From: Chlorokybus atmophyticus
Lineage: Eukaryota > Plantae > Mesostigma and Chlorokybus algae
Assembly: GCA_009103225.1 (NCBI GenBank)
Contig: RHPI01003599.1
Coordinates: 186,001 to 250,000 of the forward strand
DNA: 64,000 nt
Reading direction: 5' to 3'
Shown here: in pieces, positions 29,688 through 42,220 of the stretch
How the letters are laid out: the number at the start of each line of letters is the position of its first letter
How positions within the stretch are numbered: the stretch's first letter is position 1
Notes under the pieces: generated by a model
Database searches by the model: none
What the model was told of the DNA's origin: nothing
Seen by the model: only the letters and a program-made list of their open reading frames with translations
Made by a program: the position numbers and the translations under genes

Positions 29688-32296
29688 TGGAGCGGCGGTA
29701 TGCGGAGGGTGGTCACTTAGTTGATGATGCCCATGACCTGTGCAGGTTGTTGGTTGATAAGTTAGGGAACAGTGGCTTCTGCATTGTTTGACACTCCTTG
29801 CTGTTCTTGAGATGCTCACACGCATTCACACACTCGCACACAGCCACTCTCATTCTCTCATTCGAAGAGAGTGAGAAAGAGAGAGAGAGAGACTAAGAGA
29901 GTACATTACATAATAATTCTCATTCTGCAAGTCTGAACAGTCGCCACACGCTTCGCTGTGCACACAAAAGAAGGACCCAGCGTCAGCGTCGCATACCTCA
30001 AGGCAGTTGCCTTTGGTGCTGCCTGGTACCGAACTACACTGGCAGCCACCCACCAGCGGCAGCGCCGCCGCAGACGACCGCGACGACAACAACGCTGGCG
30101 GCGACGACATGCTTCGGCGCACGTCTCCTGACCCTCTCTTATACCCGCTCCCAAAACTTATCTCCCTTGCTAAGTGCGTCTTACGTGCGAAAGTCACATT
30201 CATCTACGAACATGACTTCATCAACCCACAGCCACAGTGCCCGTAGCTATTGCAGAGTGTCTGATGCCAAGCTGGCAGAGTGGGAGCAATAAACTCATGG
30301 TCAAGAGGAAAGTTCTTTGTTCGGCGTATCATCAAACGCTTGGGGAAGTCACTGGATCCCAGGATTGCGATGTTTGACCCTTCGAACGGAAGTTTGACCG
30401 TGGACAGATGCCGAACGGCCGTTTCCCTGCAAACGCCTCCCGTCAATGATTTTGCGTCTTGTTTGAGGATTTAGTGAGGAGGCCGCCGCTTTTGAAACGG
30501 TCAGCGCGAGACATAAGCGGTCGGTTTCCCCGCCTGGAGGTCACCAAAGGGGTGTTTGTGGCCGGAACAACATCCATGGGCCCACCGGTGTCCGCTGGTA
30601 ACGGACGACCGCCGTTTGCTCTCTAACGGCTGGTAGTGAAACAGCCAAGAAGGAGGTGCGTGCTTGGTGTACGTGCCCGCTTGTAATTGGCTTGGAAGCG
30701 ACAGCTTTGTCGTCGTCCGTTGTGGTTTGACTGCAGGCTTCAAAGCGGCACGGAGAGGTACGAAGGTCTACAGTACGTGCCTGTTGGCTGACTGGAACCG
30801 ATGCAAATAGGCCATAGGGACAAGACAGCTTCTTAGCGCGGTGCAACATTTCCCACTGGCACTTGGTGCACTAAGCCAGGTGCAACTGGCAAAACCTGGG
30901 CAAACCTGCAACAGCATTGCACATAGCATAATGCCCACAACTTGTGGCCACATGTAGCCATTCAAGATTTGTTGTAGCCATGCGCACACATTTGCCTCCA
31001 TGCTGGCAACCATGGCATGCGCTATGGGCCTGAAATTGTCTCTTTACGCATGCTCGTATGTGAATGTTGAATGTTCACGAACAGTGTTACGTATGTGTTG
31101 GAAAAAAACATGCTTAAAATGTACTTAAATACGTGAGTTACCGTAGCTAAAAGCTAATCTTTTGCACATCAATTATGTTTAACATCAATGTGCATGTACT
31201 ACTATTACGTACTGCAGCTTTATGAGTTGTGCACATCACATCATGCTTCTGTTGATACGATCTAGAGTCTACACACAATAAGCATACGCTACAGCATGCA
31301 TGTATCCATGCAAGTTTACCTCGCAGCAATCATAAGTGTATTAAATATGTGAATATGCGACACACGCCTCATGTTAAAGCATGTGGCTTCGACAATTGCG
31401 GCAACTTTTATTAATGACTGACTATGCTACAAAGTGCATGCTCAACTGATGTTTTTGTATGCACACCCGATGCTCATAATGTATACAAATGGAGATGCGA
31501 TGTGCTTGAGTTTTTCAACTTAACATAGGCAATTTACGCCCCAAATGCATAATGCATCATTGTCAGCGGCATATTGCACGCCAATGCATAATGCGTTGCA
31601 CAGATTACAATGCGTGCATTATGCATTTAGTACAATACACATGTGTCATGTCAAAATCCGGCATTGCACGAGTACCACAAGTTGTCACATAAACAAAATA
31701 TATATACAATGGATAACATATTAATGCAATGATACTTACAAGTATTTGCTTGCGAGTGGCAGTAAATTGTACATGTGTTTCCTTGCATACATTCAGTTCA
31801 TGGTAATCACCATTAAGGCTTGCTAGGTTGGTTAGGTGTGTGGTTGGGTGTGCTTTGGAGGAGATATCTCTTGCATCAGCAATACTTGGTCAGCCTATAC
31901 AATGTGCTGCTTGAAGGAGGACAGTCTGTACAACAGACTTGTGTCGGTAGTACGTATTCACAACACCATTCCCTCTGTAAATCGGCTTGCTGCACAGCAT
32001 GACAGGATTGATGCCATTGCCAAGCCGAGTTTGCCTAGACGTCTGGACCTTCTTGATCTGGTGTTTCCTACATTTCGTACTACGTAGACACTGCCGAGCT
32101 TATCTTGTACACAAGCACTGAAATGCACAGCATGCAGGTTGCATGCTGCTTGTTGCTGCGGCGTCGGCGGCGGGCAACTGGCGTGGGTTGCTGGAGCGAT
32201 GGCATGAGGCTTTTGATAGGTGAGGGGTGATGTTGCCAGTTTTAGTAGAATGCCTCGATCAACAGCTGTGAAGGCGTGGGAGGGGCAACGTCCCTC

Positions 32297-35160
32297 ATGC
32301 AAGCGCTTCTACTGAGCCTTGCTTCCGCCTCCTCCTCCTCGTCTCCGAGACGTGGCTTGTCCTTCTTCTGCTCATTTCCGGAAGCGGCGCTTGTTCTGCG
32401 TCTCTGTCACTGTCGGCGCCCGAGAAGGTATGCAAGGGAGAGCTTGTGTACAAACAGATACTGGGTTGTTGTGCACATGGATGTTGTGTCTGTTACTTTC
32501 CGTACTGCACGTAGCCACGTGCAACACGGATTGACTATGTGCACGCAACGAAGTTGGACTTGTTTGCCTTGCTAATCACTCTTTCAGCAATGCCTAGTTC
32601 TCTGCTTCAGCTTTCAATTGGCATTGATGACACGTTGCTACCTTGCGTGTCTAGTCGACCATGCTGTTGCCCAAAAAGCTCATAGTAGTATGAGTAATAG
32701 TAGTAGTAGCACGTAGTTTTACACTTGACACAAGCTTGTTGCACGACTGCAGTGGTTTGTTAGCCAAACTGCTGGCAGTGGTAACCCTCCCTACTGCATG
32801 TCACCAGCTTCGCACAGATTACTCTTTCTTTCCACAACAGCAGTAAGCCATGGGTTAGAGGGCGTCCCTGTAGTTGGTGAAGTCAGTGAATTGCAAGAGC
32901 GAAAGGACAGGTACGGCCACTGTGTCGAGCTGTTCAACCAACCGAACGCCTTGCCTGGAAAGAGATTTGACCTGGCAGCTTGCTTGCTTGTGTGCATGTT
33001 GTTATAGGAACGCACACGAGCCTAGGAACGTGCATGTATTTGCACGCACACTTGCATGCGCATACACACACACGCATATATGTGTGTACAATGCTGCATA
33101 CACGGGCGCATATGCGAATACACACTCAAACATAGGCATGCACATGTACACAAATGTGCATGATACGACATGCTGATGGGGGCAGGGGATGTGCACAAGC
33201 GGCAGTGGCAGAGGGTGTTTGTGAAGCTGGCGGAGTTTGACACAGCCGCCGCCCACGGCAATGTGCCCATGCACGCCAACAACCCCGAGCCTGGCAAGTG
33301 GGTCGTCAAGTAGTATTACCTTTTTCGAAGTGACAATGTGATGCCTCCTTGTTGATGTTGTTGTTGCGACACTCGCTGTTCAAAGCTGCTCAGCTGCCTA
33401 AACTGTTGCAATCACCCCATACACCTTGCTACTACTTTCAATCTACTGGCTTGTCTTAAACTGGTCAGCTATGGATGACGGGTGAGAAGGCTAGTAGGCC
33501 TGCAGTTCCAGCTTTGCTGAGTGCGCGCAAGCATGCGTGTGTGCTCTCTTGTCATGGACGTTGCAACGAGTATACTTTGGTGGGTACGCTCCTTGATGTA
33601 AGTATATAGCTGGCGTGAGGTTTGTATGGATGTATGGATATGTGTTACATAGGCGGATGTGCGCGTAAGCGCGCTTGCATGCACATGCGTGAGCGTGGGC
33701 GCGGGCATGTGTCAGTGGGCACGATGTTGATGTATTGGCAGGATGAGCAGTGGGAGAGGCTGGCGGCGTACAAGGAGCAGTACAGAGACTGCGACGTGGC
33801 ACAGGAGCGGCAACACAACAAGGCCCCTCACGGCGCTTGCAACGTGGGTACATGCTGTAGAAGACCTTGTTTCCCTCATATAATCAAGTGCAGATGTGAT
33901 TGGAACTTCTGCGTTTTCAGTTTGAGAGCATGAGGAGGGCGTACATGTCGTCGATGACAGTGGCTCAATGAGTCCTGCGTATGACATATGTACAGCTCAA
34001 TCAGCTCTATCCTGTCTGGCAGCCGCGGGATCGAACTTGGAACGAAAGGTGTGTATATGCGCGTGTGCAGTTGCTAGTGCGTGTGTTGATGTGGTTCGTT
34101 CTCACTCCTTTGTGTCCAAACCACAGTACACTCTGCATGGTTACTATTGTACGCGGTGCTGCATGAGAGGAAGCATGCTGTTGGACACCTCCGCGAGCCG
34201 CCCCCGCCCAGTTTGAACCAGTGGGTGTACACTCAGCGGCAGGTATACAAAACCAACAAAGCAGCGAGTGAGTGTTACTCGTTGTGCTGTCGTGCCATTT
34301 ACATGCGGTTGTCCTAAGTTTTGGATACCATCATGCCTACGGACAAGTGGCACCGGCTGAATCCGATCGGGTTTGTGTGGGATGTGAAGGAGGTTATATG
34401 GCAGAAACAGTGCCGGTTCTTGCACGAATTCGTTCGGACTAAGGGATTCTTACAGGTGTTCATTGCTCCAAGGTTTGTTGTTTGTGCACATGCGCGTGTG
34501 TGCGCGCAATGTGTGCGCATGACTTGTTGGTAAAGAACTTGCTCATGCATGGATCTTGCGGCCAACCGTAAACTCTGGAGGTTCTCGAAAGGTGCATAGG
34601 CAAACGTGGGCTGCCCGCACCATCGGCCGCACTCATACGGGTTTCTGGCATGGCCGAAACCCCACACCCAAACAGTTGTGAGCAGCAGCAGCACTCTCCC
34701 ATGTGCCGGAAGGTTGACGGCACGTTGGACACCAGGTGCGCTACACTTGCTGTCGTGGGGTTGCAAGAACCAAGCATACATAACGGTTCTGTGACTTTGG
34801 CTTGTGGTGTGGGTCAATCACTCCTCCTCGCGCTATGTTGCAGCTTGGCCACCGTCAGTGATGTACTCGATGCTTTTGGCAAGGTAAGGCTTGCTTCCAG
34901 GGATGTGTTGCATATACATGCGTTACGTGCATGTGCAAATGTTCGTGCATGTGCAATCTCATTATAACGTCACTCTCACACGTGTATGCAAAGTTCGGGC
35001 GCAGCGCAAAGTAGCTCTGTTGGGACAGCTGAAAGCCCGAGTGCGCGAAGCGCTTGCGTTGTTTGTGGGCTTCTGATTACGCTGCTCTCCTTTGGACTCT
35101 ACAGGAGGTTCTAGCCTTGGTACTGCAACCGCCAATGTTGACGTAAGCGGTGTTGCTTGA
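32297..35160 (+). pseudogene. Inverted, intron-retaining pseudogene copy of the HA-repeat gene at 11012-14399
   Basis: It has the same ATGCAAGCGCTTCT start, and its exons and introns are collinear. HA1 has deletions, there is an in-frame TAG at 33311-33313 (original ..GTC AAA CAA CGC), and further indels occur in HA3-HA6. Confidence 0.85.
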
Positions 35161-36191
35161 TGAAGCTGGTGTCCCTTCAATTTGCATTCATGATGAGCTC
35201 ACAATGTGTGCCCGATGCAAGAATTCGTGCATTGCACGCATGACGTGTTGCAAGCTGCTCATGACGCAGAACACAACACGGTTTGATGCAAGGTGAGTCG
35301 CTCAAAGCGTTGTCAAGCCACACATGCGAGACAGCATTCTGATCTGCCAAACGTGTATGAGACAGCTGCACAGAGACAATGTGATACTCTCGCTTGCGGT
35401 TGTGCTCATGAAAGCACTCGTGCTGACACATTTCGTGTCATGCTTCCGGGCATGTATAAGAGCATGATACCGTGTGTTGAGCACATGAGCACACAACATA
35501 GTGCAGTGCAACAAGAGCAGCACAAGCAACACGGGATGTTTCAAGTGCTAACTTCAATGCATAAGGAATGCACACGCGTTCACCTCCAGCCATTGTGACT
35601 GTTGATGTCATTGTAACAAGGATAGTAGTCATACAAGATTACAAACTACAACTACACGGGGAGTTGCAAACATGAGAGTTACTCATGACCCCAAATCGTG
35701 TGCTAAGCCAGACAACAAATTGTTGTCAACAGCCCTACATAGAGTCCAAACATCAGTGCTACTCTTGACCCCCACATTCTGTTCCTAGCTACACACCAGT
35801 CCTGCACAGGCCTCTTCCTGGAACTTGCCTTTGTGTGCGCGTACGCTTGGCGCAGCTACCGGTCTGCCTGAAAGAGCTCTAGGCGCTACTAGCTGCAACG
35901 AGCAACCAATGCCAGCACAACCCACTCCGTACGACTGATGTGTGCATGTGCGCGAGCAGCAACTCCACATCCTGCCTCGTCTCGGATAGTCTGGACCCAA
36001 CTTGGACCAGCAGTCCTCAGCGTTGAGGGAGAGTCTCTCCAGCCGGGCAAAATGGCTGCGCTGTGCTGCTAGGAACGCCAACGAGTGAGATTGCATGCCT
36101 GCAGCAACGCATCAGTTGCATCGTATGTCAGCAAACGGGCTGTGCAGTCCCTCAGCCCAGCATACATCATACATTCGTGCAAATTGAAACG

Positions 36192-38292
36192 CTAACAAGT
36201 TTTACCTGTCGCTCTACTGAACATGGATGGAGGATTCGGGCGAAATTGACAGATGCGAAATTCAACGTTGTTCACCCTCCGCGGAGTTTTCTTCGCCATC
36301 AGCGACCGCAGTAGGACGATGCCTACCGGCTGGAGCTGTGGTGCACCGCAAGCCTCAAGGATGTACTGAACGGTGTTCAGACTCGTCCGCAATTGCAGGA
36401 CCGCTTGGTCTTTGCCTACAGGATAACAACCGTTGGTCATGCGGCGCATGAAAGCGCAAAACAGTCACATACCTACGTAGCTGGACTTGGCTTCCCCGAT
36501 AGCCAGCCAATGCTTGTCGCCGGGACCAACAAGAACGCCTCCAGCTGCGTTGATCTCAAGCTGCCCCGAAACATTTGGGTTCAGCTGCTCTGCCTGTGCA
36601 ACTACCCACATAACTGCGCTGAGGGCAGCACCAGCCGGATCTGCAACCTCTGGAGACAATACACAATATGAAAGTTTGACAATGAGGACGGGCAAAGCTG
36701 CGGGCAAAGCACACATGATTGCATGGCTTACTCTTTTCACCCTTAACACGTGTGTAAACAAAACGCTCCAAGGTCCTCCTCATGCCGCCAATCAGGTACG
36801 GACCAATGAGGTCTTGCAGCTCAAGTGCTGTGCTTTTGACCTCCTCGAGGCCTTGCGAGTCCAGCATGTCTTGAAGCTGCTGGTGGACGTCATCAACATA
36901 CGAAAGATCTGGCAGCTCATAACGCGCGTGCTGCTGGCTCAGCTTGGGGTCTTCACTTGTATTCTTTGCAATGGATAGCCCGCGGCGTTTCTATCCATTG
37001 CAGTGGATATGGCAAAGAATACAAGTGAAGACCCCAAGCTGAGCCAGCAGCACGCGCGTTATGAGCTGCCAGATCTTTCGTATGTTGATGACGTCCACCA
37101 GCAGCTTCAAGACATGCTGGACTCGCAAGGCCTCGAGGAGGTCAAAAGCACAGCACTTGAGCTGCAAGACCTCATTGGTCCGTACCTGATTGGCGGCATG
37201 AGGAGGACCTTGGAGCGTTTTGTTTNCGAAGCTGCAAAGCTGCAAAGCTGCAAAGCTTTTACGGATAGCATCCTGAGGATGAGTTGCAAGAATCAATAAG
37301 TCATGCATCATGATAGTTCATGAAGCTGCATGCAGTCATAATAACAACTACCGACTCAATCAGCCTCGTCACCAAAGAGTCCTTATCCATTGCAAAAGGT
37401 CCAGTATAGTGCTCGCGGACAGAATCAATGTCATGGAACTGCTTGCCCGCAGTAAACTTTGAGCGATCTTCTTCGAGACACTGCGCCTTCGTGTGGTCTT
37501 CAACTTCAGCAACAAAGAAAGGTACCAGAGCTGCTTCAGCCATGATGGCACTGCTGGTGACCAACGCAGATTGTTGGTTCTCAAGATCGGTGACACGCTG
37601 CTCAATGCCGGTGAGACGCTTGTCAATGCCGGTGAGCTTTCCGTCGAGATTCTGCCGAAAACTCATAAACTGCCAGGTCAAACACAATTGGTAAGAAGCC
37701 TGTGCACACACAATAGCTTTCAACACATAGGCATGATTACATATCATAGGAACACGCTTGAAGATAAAGAATGCAGCTCACTACTGACTTCCCCATAGTT
37801 GTGAGTTGCAGAGTTGAATGTCTCACTCGTGTTCAGTTCCACTTACCCATGCGGGCTCCTGACTGTCTGCGTCATCCTCATTGCCTTTGCCAATGGCGCA
37901 GCATGGTGCAGGCACGGAATGAGTTCTGTGGGACAGCGTCAGTGGTGTTTTGTGCGCAGGGCTCCTGTTGTTTCTGCGGTAGCCCAAGTGATTGCCGCCT
38001 TGCTTGCAGTGAGATGCCTGAACTGCATGCATGTGCCTGCTGCTAGAAGCCGTGGCCAGCACAGCCTTTGGCATGCCGGCAGCCTGTAATGCAAGATGTA
38101 CACGATTAGGGTCGCACATATCACTCGTATCGCAACAGCAGAATGAGTAGCAGGTGAAAGGGACAGTTGGAGAGAGGCATGCTTCGGTGCGAAACGCAAC
38201 CACGCGCTAGCATGCACCAATGCAAGCGGACTCTGTTTGTAGCTGCAACACGCAGCAGGCTGCGTAGAGAGGGCTTGGACAGAGAGACTCAT
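36192..38292 (-). CDS. Coiled-coil + PD-(D/E)xK/restriction-endonuclease-like protein, interrupted by an inverted duplication (possibly pseudogene)
   Basis: Heptads LDGKLTGIDKRLTGIEQRVTDLE are followed by GQLEINAAGGVLV..LAIGEAKSSY / GKDQAVLQLRTSL, resembling E-x-D...E-x-K...A-x-x-Q-L nuclease-fold motifs. The family assignment is pattern inference, and the 5' exons are tentative. Confidence 0.5.
36756..37225. repeat. Perfect 214-bp inverted repeat (36756-36969 / 37012-37225) with a 42-bp spacer
   Basis: By eye the arms are exact reverse complements; the ORF track shows the same peptide on both strands. The right arm ends at N37226. Confidence 0.9.
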
Positions 38293-38864
38293 GGTTGCAG
38301 CAGCTGAAGCAGGACTCACTACACGGCCAATGCTTCTTCGCGCCAGACTGAGAGTTGGCTGCTTGCTTGACCAACTCTCACGCAGCAAATACCAGCATGA
38401 GGGAGAAGTGAAGCTACAGCTGCGGCCTACCCTCCTTGCCTATCCCCATCGCCTGCCCCTCCCGCTCTCTTCCCCGCACATCCACAACAGACACAAGCCC
38501 ACGCCACCCACAATCATCACACTCCTGCGCAAAACAGCTGGCTGCAAACTCTTACGACGCTAAACGTAGCTGTAGCATGCATCAGGCTGCCTAGAGAACA
38601 CTTACACAACAGAGAGACCCATGGTCGCAGCATCATACCAGCATGAGGAAGAGAGATTGCTGAAGCTGCGGCCTGCGCGCCCTGTCTTGTCGCTCTTTTC
38701 CCCCGCACGACCTCACGACAGACACAAGCCCACGCCACGCACAGACAACACACTCCTGCGCAAATATCCAGCTGCGCACGCTGACCACGACCACGACCAC
38801 CACTACCACCGCAGCCGCCGCCAACGACAAAAACACCAACAAAAACACCGCCGCCTCTCCCTCG

Positions 38865-40977
38865 GTGATTGTGGACTTGGACGGATGTGACAACGTGCCT
38901 TGCACTGAAAGGCAAGGCGTTAGCCCTCTTCTTTCGTCAACTCTTCTGGACGTTGTAAGCTGCCGGGCGGCGGCGGCGGCGGCAGCCAGGAGGCGTAGGA
39001 CGTGGAGAGGGGAGGAGGTGGAGGGGGTTGTAAAAGAGCAGCCCCCGCCGCCGCAGGGTGAGGGCGGCGGTGGGGGTGGCACTGTGGTGTGCCGCGTGTG
39101 CAAGCGGCAGTGGGCGAAATACACCTGCCCGCGGTGCCTGGTTCGCTACTGCGCCCTACCTTGCTACAAGAGCCACAGCGCAGGCTGCACTAACGCCTTC
39201 CATGGAGACAACGCCGCCGCCGCTCTCAAGAACGCCCCGCAGCCAACCCCGGAGAGCAGGCGAGCTCTGGCCCAGGTCTTGAAGCGTGCACAGGCGGCGC
39301 AAGGTGGTCTCTCGGATGATGACCCTGGCCAGGACAGTGACGATGACGGACGAGAAGCCCCAGACGGTAAGTGTCATGGTAGGAAGTTCTTGGCCTCGTC
39401 ATGGTGACAGGTTGCGAACTGCGTTTCATGTGCATGCGCCTCCAGCACAGTCATATACCACTACATGAGATTGACGTTTTTATCGCAAGCAAGTACATGC
39501 ATTCATGCTTAGGTACTTTGCATGCACCTCAGCGTGTGCGCAACTGGTCATCACTCAAATCAAAGAAAGCGTGCATGTACTCATGCTTGAATGCTTGCAG
39601 GCGTGCGTACTTTGGCACAAGGAGGTGCATGTCATTGGCACAAAGCGTTGTCACTGGTTAACGATGCAACAGGCACAACGTCGTTGTTGTCTTGTCCAAC
39701 AATATTGCACTGCTTACAACATTACAGCGCACGCAGCAAGATTGCTCCCTGACTTTGAAGTCTACACATTGCAGGTGTGAACCTGTCCATAGAGACTTTG
39801 GAGCGTATCTTGTCACTATCAGGTTAGATTGTATGTGCGGGTGCATCTGCTTATTACGCAGCAGATCTCATTCCTTGCAAGCTGCTGGTATGCTGTCTCA
39901 GCTTATTATCATAGCTCAATTACTGTGCAGAAGATGGGCAACTTCCAGATGAGATTCCTGAGGGCGTACTGTCCAAAGATGAGCGGGCGCGTTTTGCTGC
40001 CTTTGTAGCCAGTGGTGGCGCACAGTCTCTTGTGCAGCCTTGGGAGCCGTGGTGGCGCCAGTCAGGCGCTGCACACAAACAACTTACTGCTAGTGGCACA
40101 GCAGTAGTGCAAGAACTGTCTCAGCATGACACCAGGCAAGTGTTGAGGTGTTGGTTTGCCAATGTACTTGGGTCAATGTTTGTAGCCGTATCCCCTCCCA
40201 ACACGCTCATGCGTGCGCATGTGCGTGTGGCTTGGTTTGCTGAGTCTGGCCTCGCAGATGCAGTGAGTACTCAATATGCAATTGTCCGCATGCAGGTCCA
40301 GTCAGCCTGCTGCTGGTGGTGAGGGAGATTTGTCTTCTATACCTAGCCCTGATGAAGAGTTAGTGCCGGTCAGCCAGTTGACACGCACACAGCCTTCACC
40401 ACTCGTAGGAGTCCACGTCGCAGATGTGCTGTATGCGTACTGCTTCTGCATGCTTCGACACAATGGTGACTGGACAGCTGACCCGGTATCCGCTGCCAGC
40501 TGCTTGTTGGAGATATCAGGCGTGCTAATTGGCTCCTCTGCACCCAGTTCAATGTCCGAAGCTCTCTCAGCATGCATACAGCGTGCACGGTCTTCGGACC
40601 CGATGCAAGCTGGTGGCGCAGCCTTTGTGTTAGCAATAGCACAAGATGTCGTAACTCTGTTGCAGCTCGGGCGACCAGCTGTATTATGTGCACTTGCGGA
40701 TGCGCGGCGGATACTTCTTGCAGTTTCCAGTGTTGTTTTTGAGAAGGATACACCTGAGAGCTCAAGGCGTAGTAAGCAAAGCACCAGTAGTATGCGACGC
40801 TGGGAGTTGGCTGCACGCAAAGTGTATTTCTTCATGTGCTGGGTCAACGAGCAGCCCAAGCTGCCTTTTTCGGCTTTGACAGCGGAAGCTGAACAGGAAT
40901 GTCAGCACCAGCAACGCTTTCTGGCAGCCAGTGCACAGCCTTCAGATGTGCGCGTGGTTGATAGCATGTACAGGTAG
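38865..40977 (+). CDS. ZNHIT2: Zinc finger HIT domain protein 2-like (R2TP/U5 snRNP assembly factor)
   Basis: Motifs: CRVCKRQWAKYTCPRCLVRYCALPCYKSHSAGCTNAFH, WEPWW and PSPLVGVHVADVLYAYCF..NGDW. The start codon is not resolved; the ORF track uses GTG 38865. Confidence 0.8.
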
Positions 40978-42011
40978 TTACCACATGTGGTTTTGTGCGC
41001 CATTCAGCTGACAACTCGTTAGCTTGGCGCAGGTGTAGAGGGTAACATCAGGCATGTTGTCAGAAGGAAGTAGTAGTCAGGGTTGGTCTGCAGCTCAATA
41101 GCCATTGATTGCACCCAAGGCTGCAATTGTTTCTCCGCTAGCTAAGCTTGGTAAGTGGTAAGTGCGCGTAAAAATATGCTGCACCTATGCGCTCTGCTGG
41201 TGCGGATGCACAACAATTGCGGTGTTAGTGCAGTCGTTCCATACTGCCTGTGTACAAGTTTGTCACATCATTGGGACTGGCGCTGCTGATACCCACAGCG
41301 GTGCACATAGGATGTGCAGGTGCCGTGGACATGTGAGGCTTTCTCGCAACTTGTAATGTGTTGTGGTTGTTGTTCTTGGCATAGCTTTTGCCTTGACACA
41401 TCTTCCAGCAGCGCAGGAGAATGTGACCTGGAGAGCATTGCGTGAAGAGCTTGGCTGTTTTGTGGTAGGCTGTACATGCAGATCGTGTTGTTGCGGGATG
41501 GGTGGCATGAAGTATTGCTGCCCGGTTACGTGACTCGCTACTGGTCAGTTGCTGGTGGCTTTTTCTGTTAGGCTTTGCTGCATGTTCTATTGAGCACAAG
41601 CGCCTGGGTGTTGACCTGCTAGCAGCGCGGGCGGCCACGTTGCAGATCGTGTGTGCACGGTGGATGCGCGGCACGTATGCATATTATGGATGCGCAGATT
41701 AACCAACAACACGCAATGAGTGCTACTGACCAGTGCACCATGCGTACGTTCGGATGGGACCAGGCATTGCATTGGTATCACATTGTCCATTTGATCAAAC
41801 CAGACGCAGGCTGGCGCCCTACCAGCTGCTTTTGGCTTAAGCTTACTGACAGTACACGGGTGTCAATTGCCACACTGGTTTTGTCCAGTCTGGCTAGTGC
41901 AAGCCACTAAGCCGCGACCCTATCACTACCGCCACCACATCGTCCTTGGCACTGCGGCCTTCTCTATCTTGAGCCAAACTGGACTGAACTGTGCGATGAC
42001 CTCGCCCGTAC

Positions 42012-42045
<34 letters not shown>

Positions 42046-42119
42046 TCTGACGGCGGCAGAACGCACATGGGACACGCTAGATATATGTACACAACAACGC
42101 GGCACTCAGCGCTAGTCTG

Positions 42120-42193
42120 TCTCCCGTAGCTCAGTTGGTTAGAGCATTGGTCTTATGAGCCAAAGGTCGCGAGTTCAAGCCTCGCTGGGAGAA
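42120..42193 (+). tRNA. tRNA-Ile(UAU): tRNA-Ile (anticodon TAT), intronless
   Basis: Complete cloverleaf: acceptor TCTCCCG/TGGGAGA, D-arm GCTC..GAGC, anticodon arm TTGGT-CTTATGA-GCCAA, and T-arm GCGAG-TTCAAGC-CTCGC. Confidence 0.93.
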
Positions 42194-42220
42194 ATTGTGC
42201 CCGTCATTGGGAGACCATTA

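Noticed and set aside
30200-30790. CpG-rich island with short ORFs upstream of the GH79 gene
   Set aside because: No recognisable motif, TIR or TSD was found in any frame.
31080-31800. AT-rich stretch starting CAGTGTT (hAT-like terminus)
   Set aside because: No matching opposite TIR or TSD was found.
37003-37299. Plus-strand ORF MDMAKNTSEDPK.. as an independent gene
   Set aside because: It is the inverted copy of a minus-strand exon and runs into an N.
41850-42070. Minus-strand DDVVAVVIGSRLSGL resembling a Rossmann GxGxxG FAD-binding start
   Set aside because: The key Gly is absent, a stop follows immediately, and no further oxidoreductase motifs were found.
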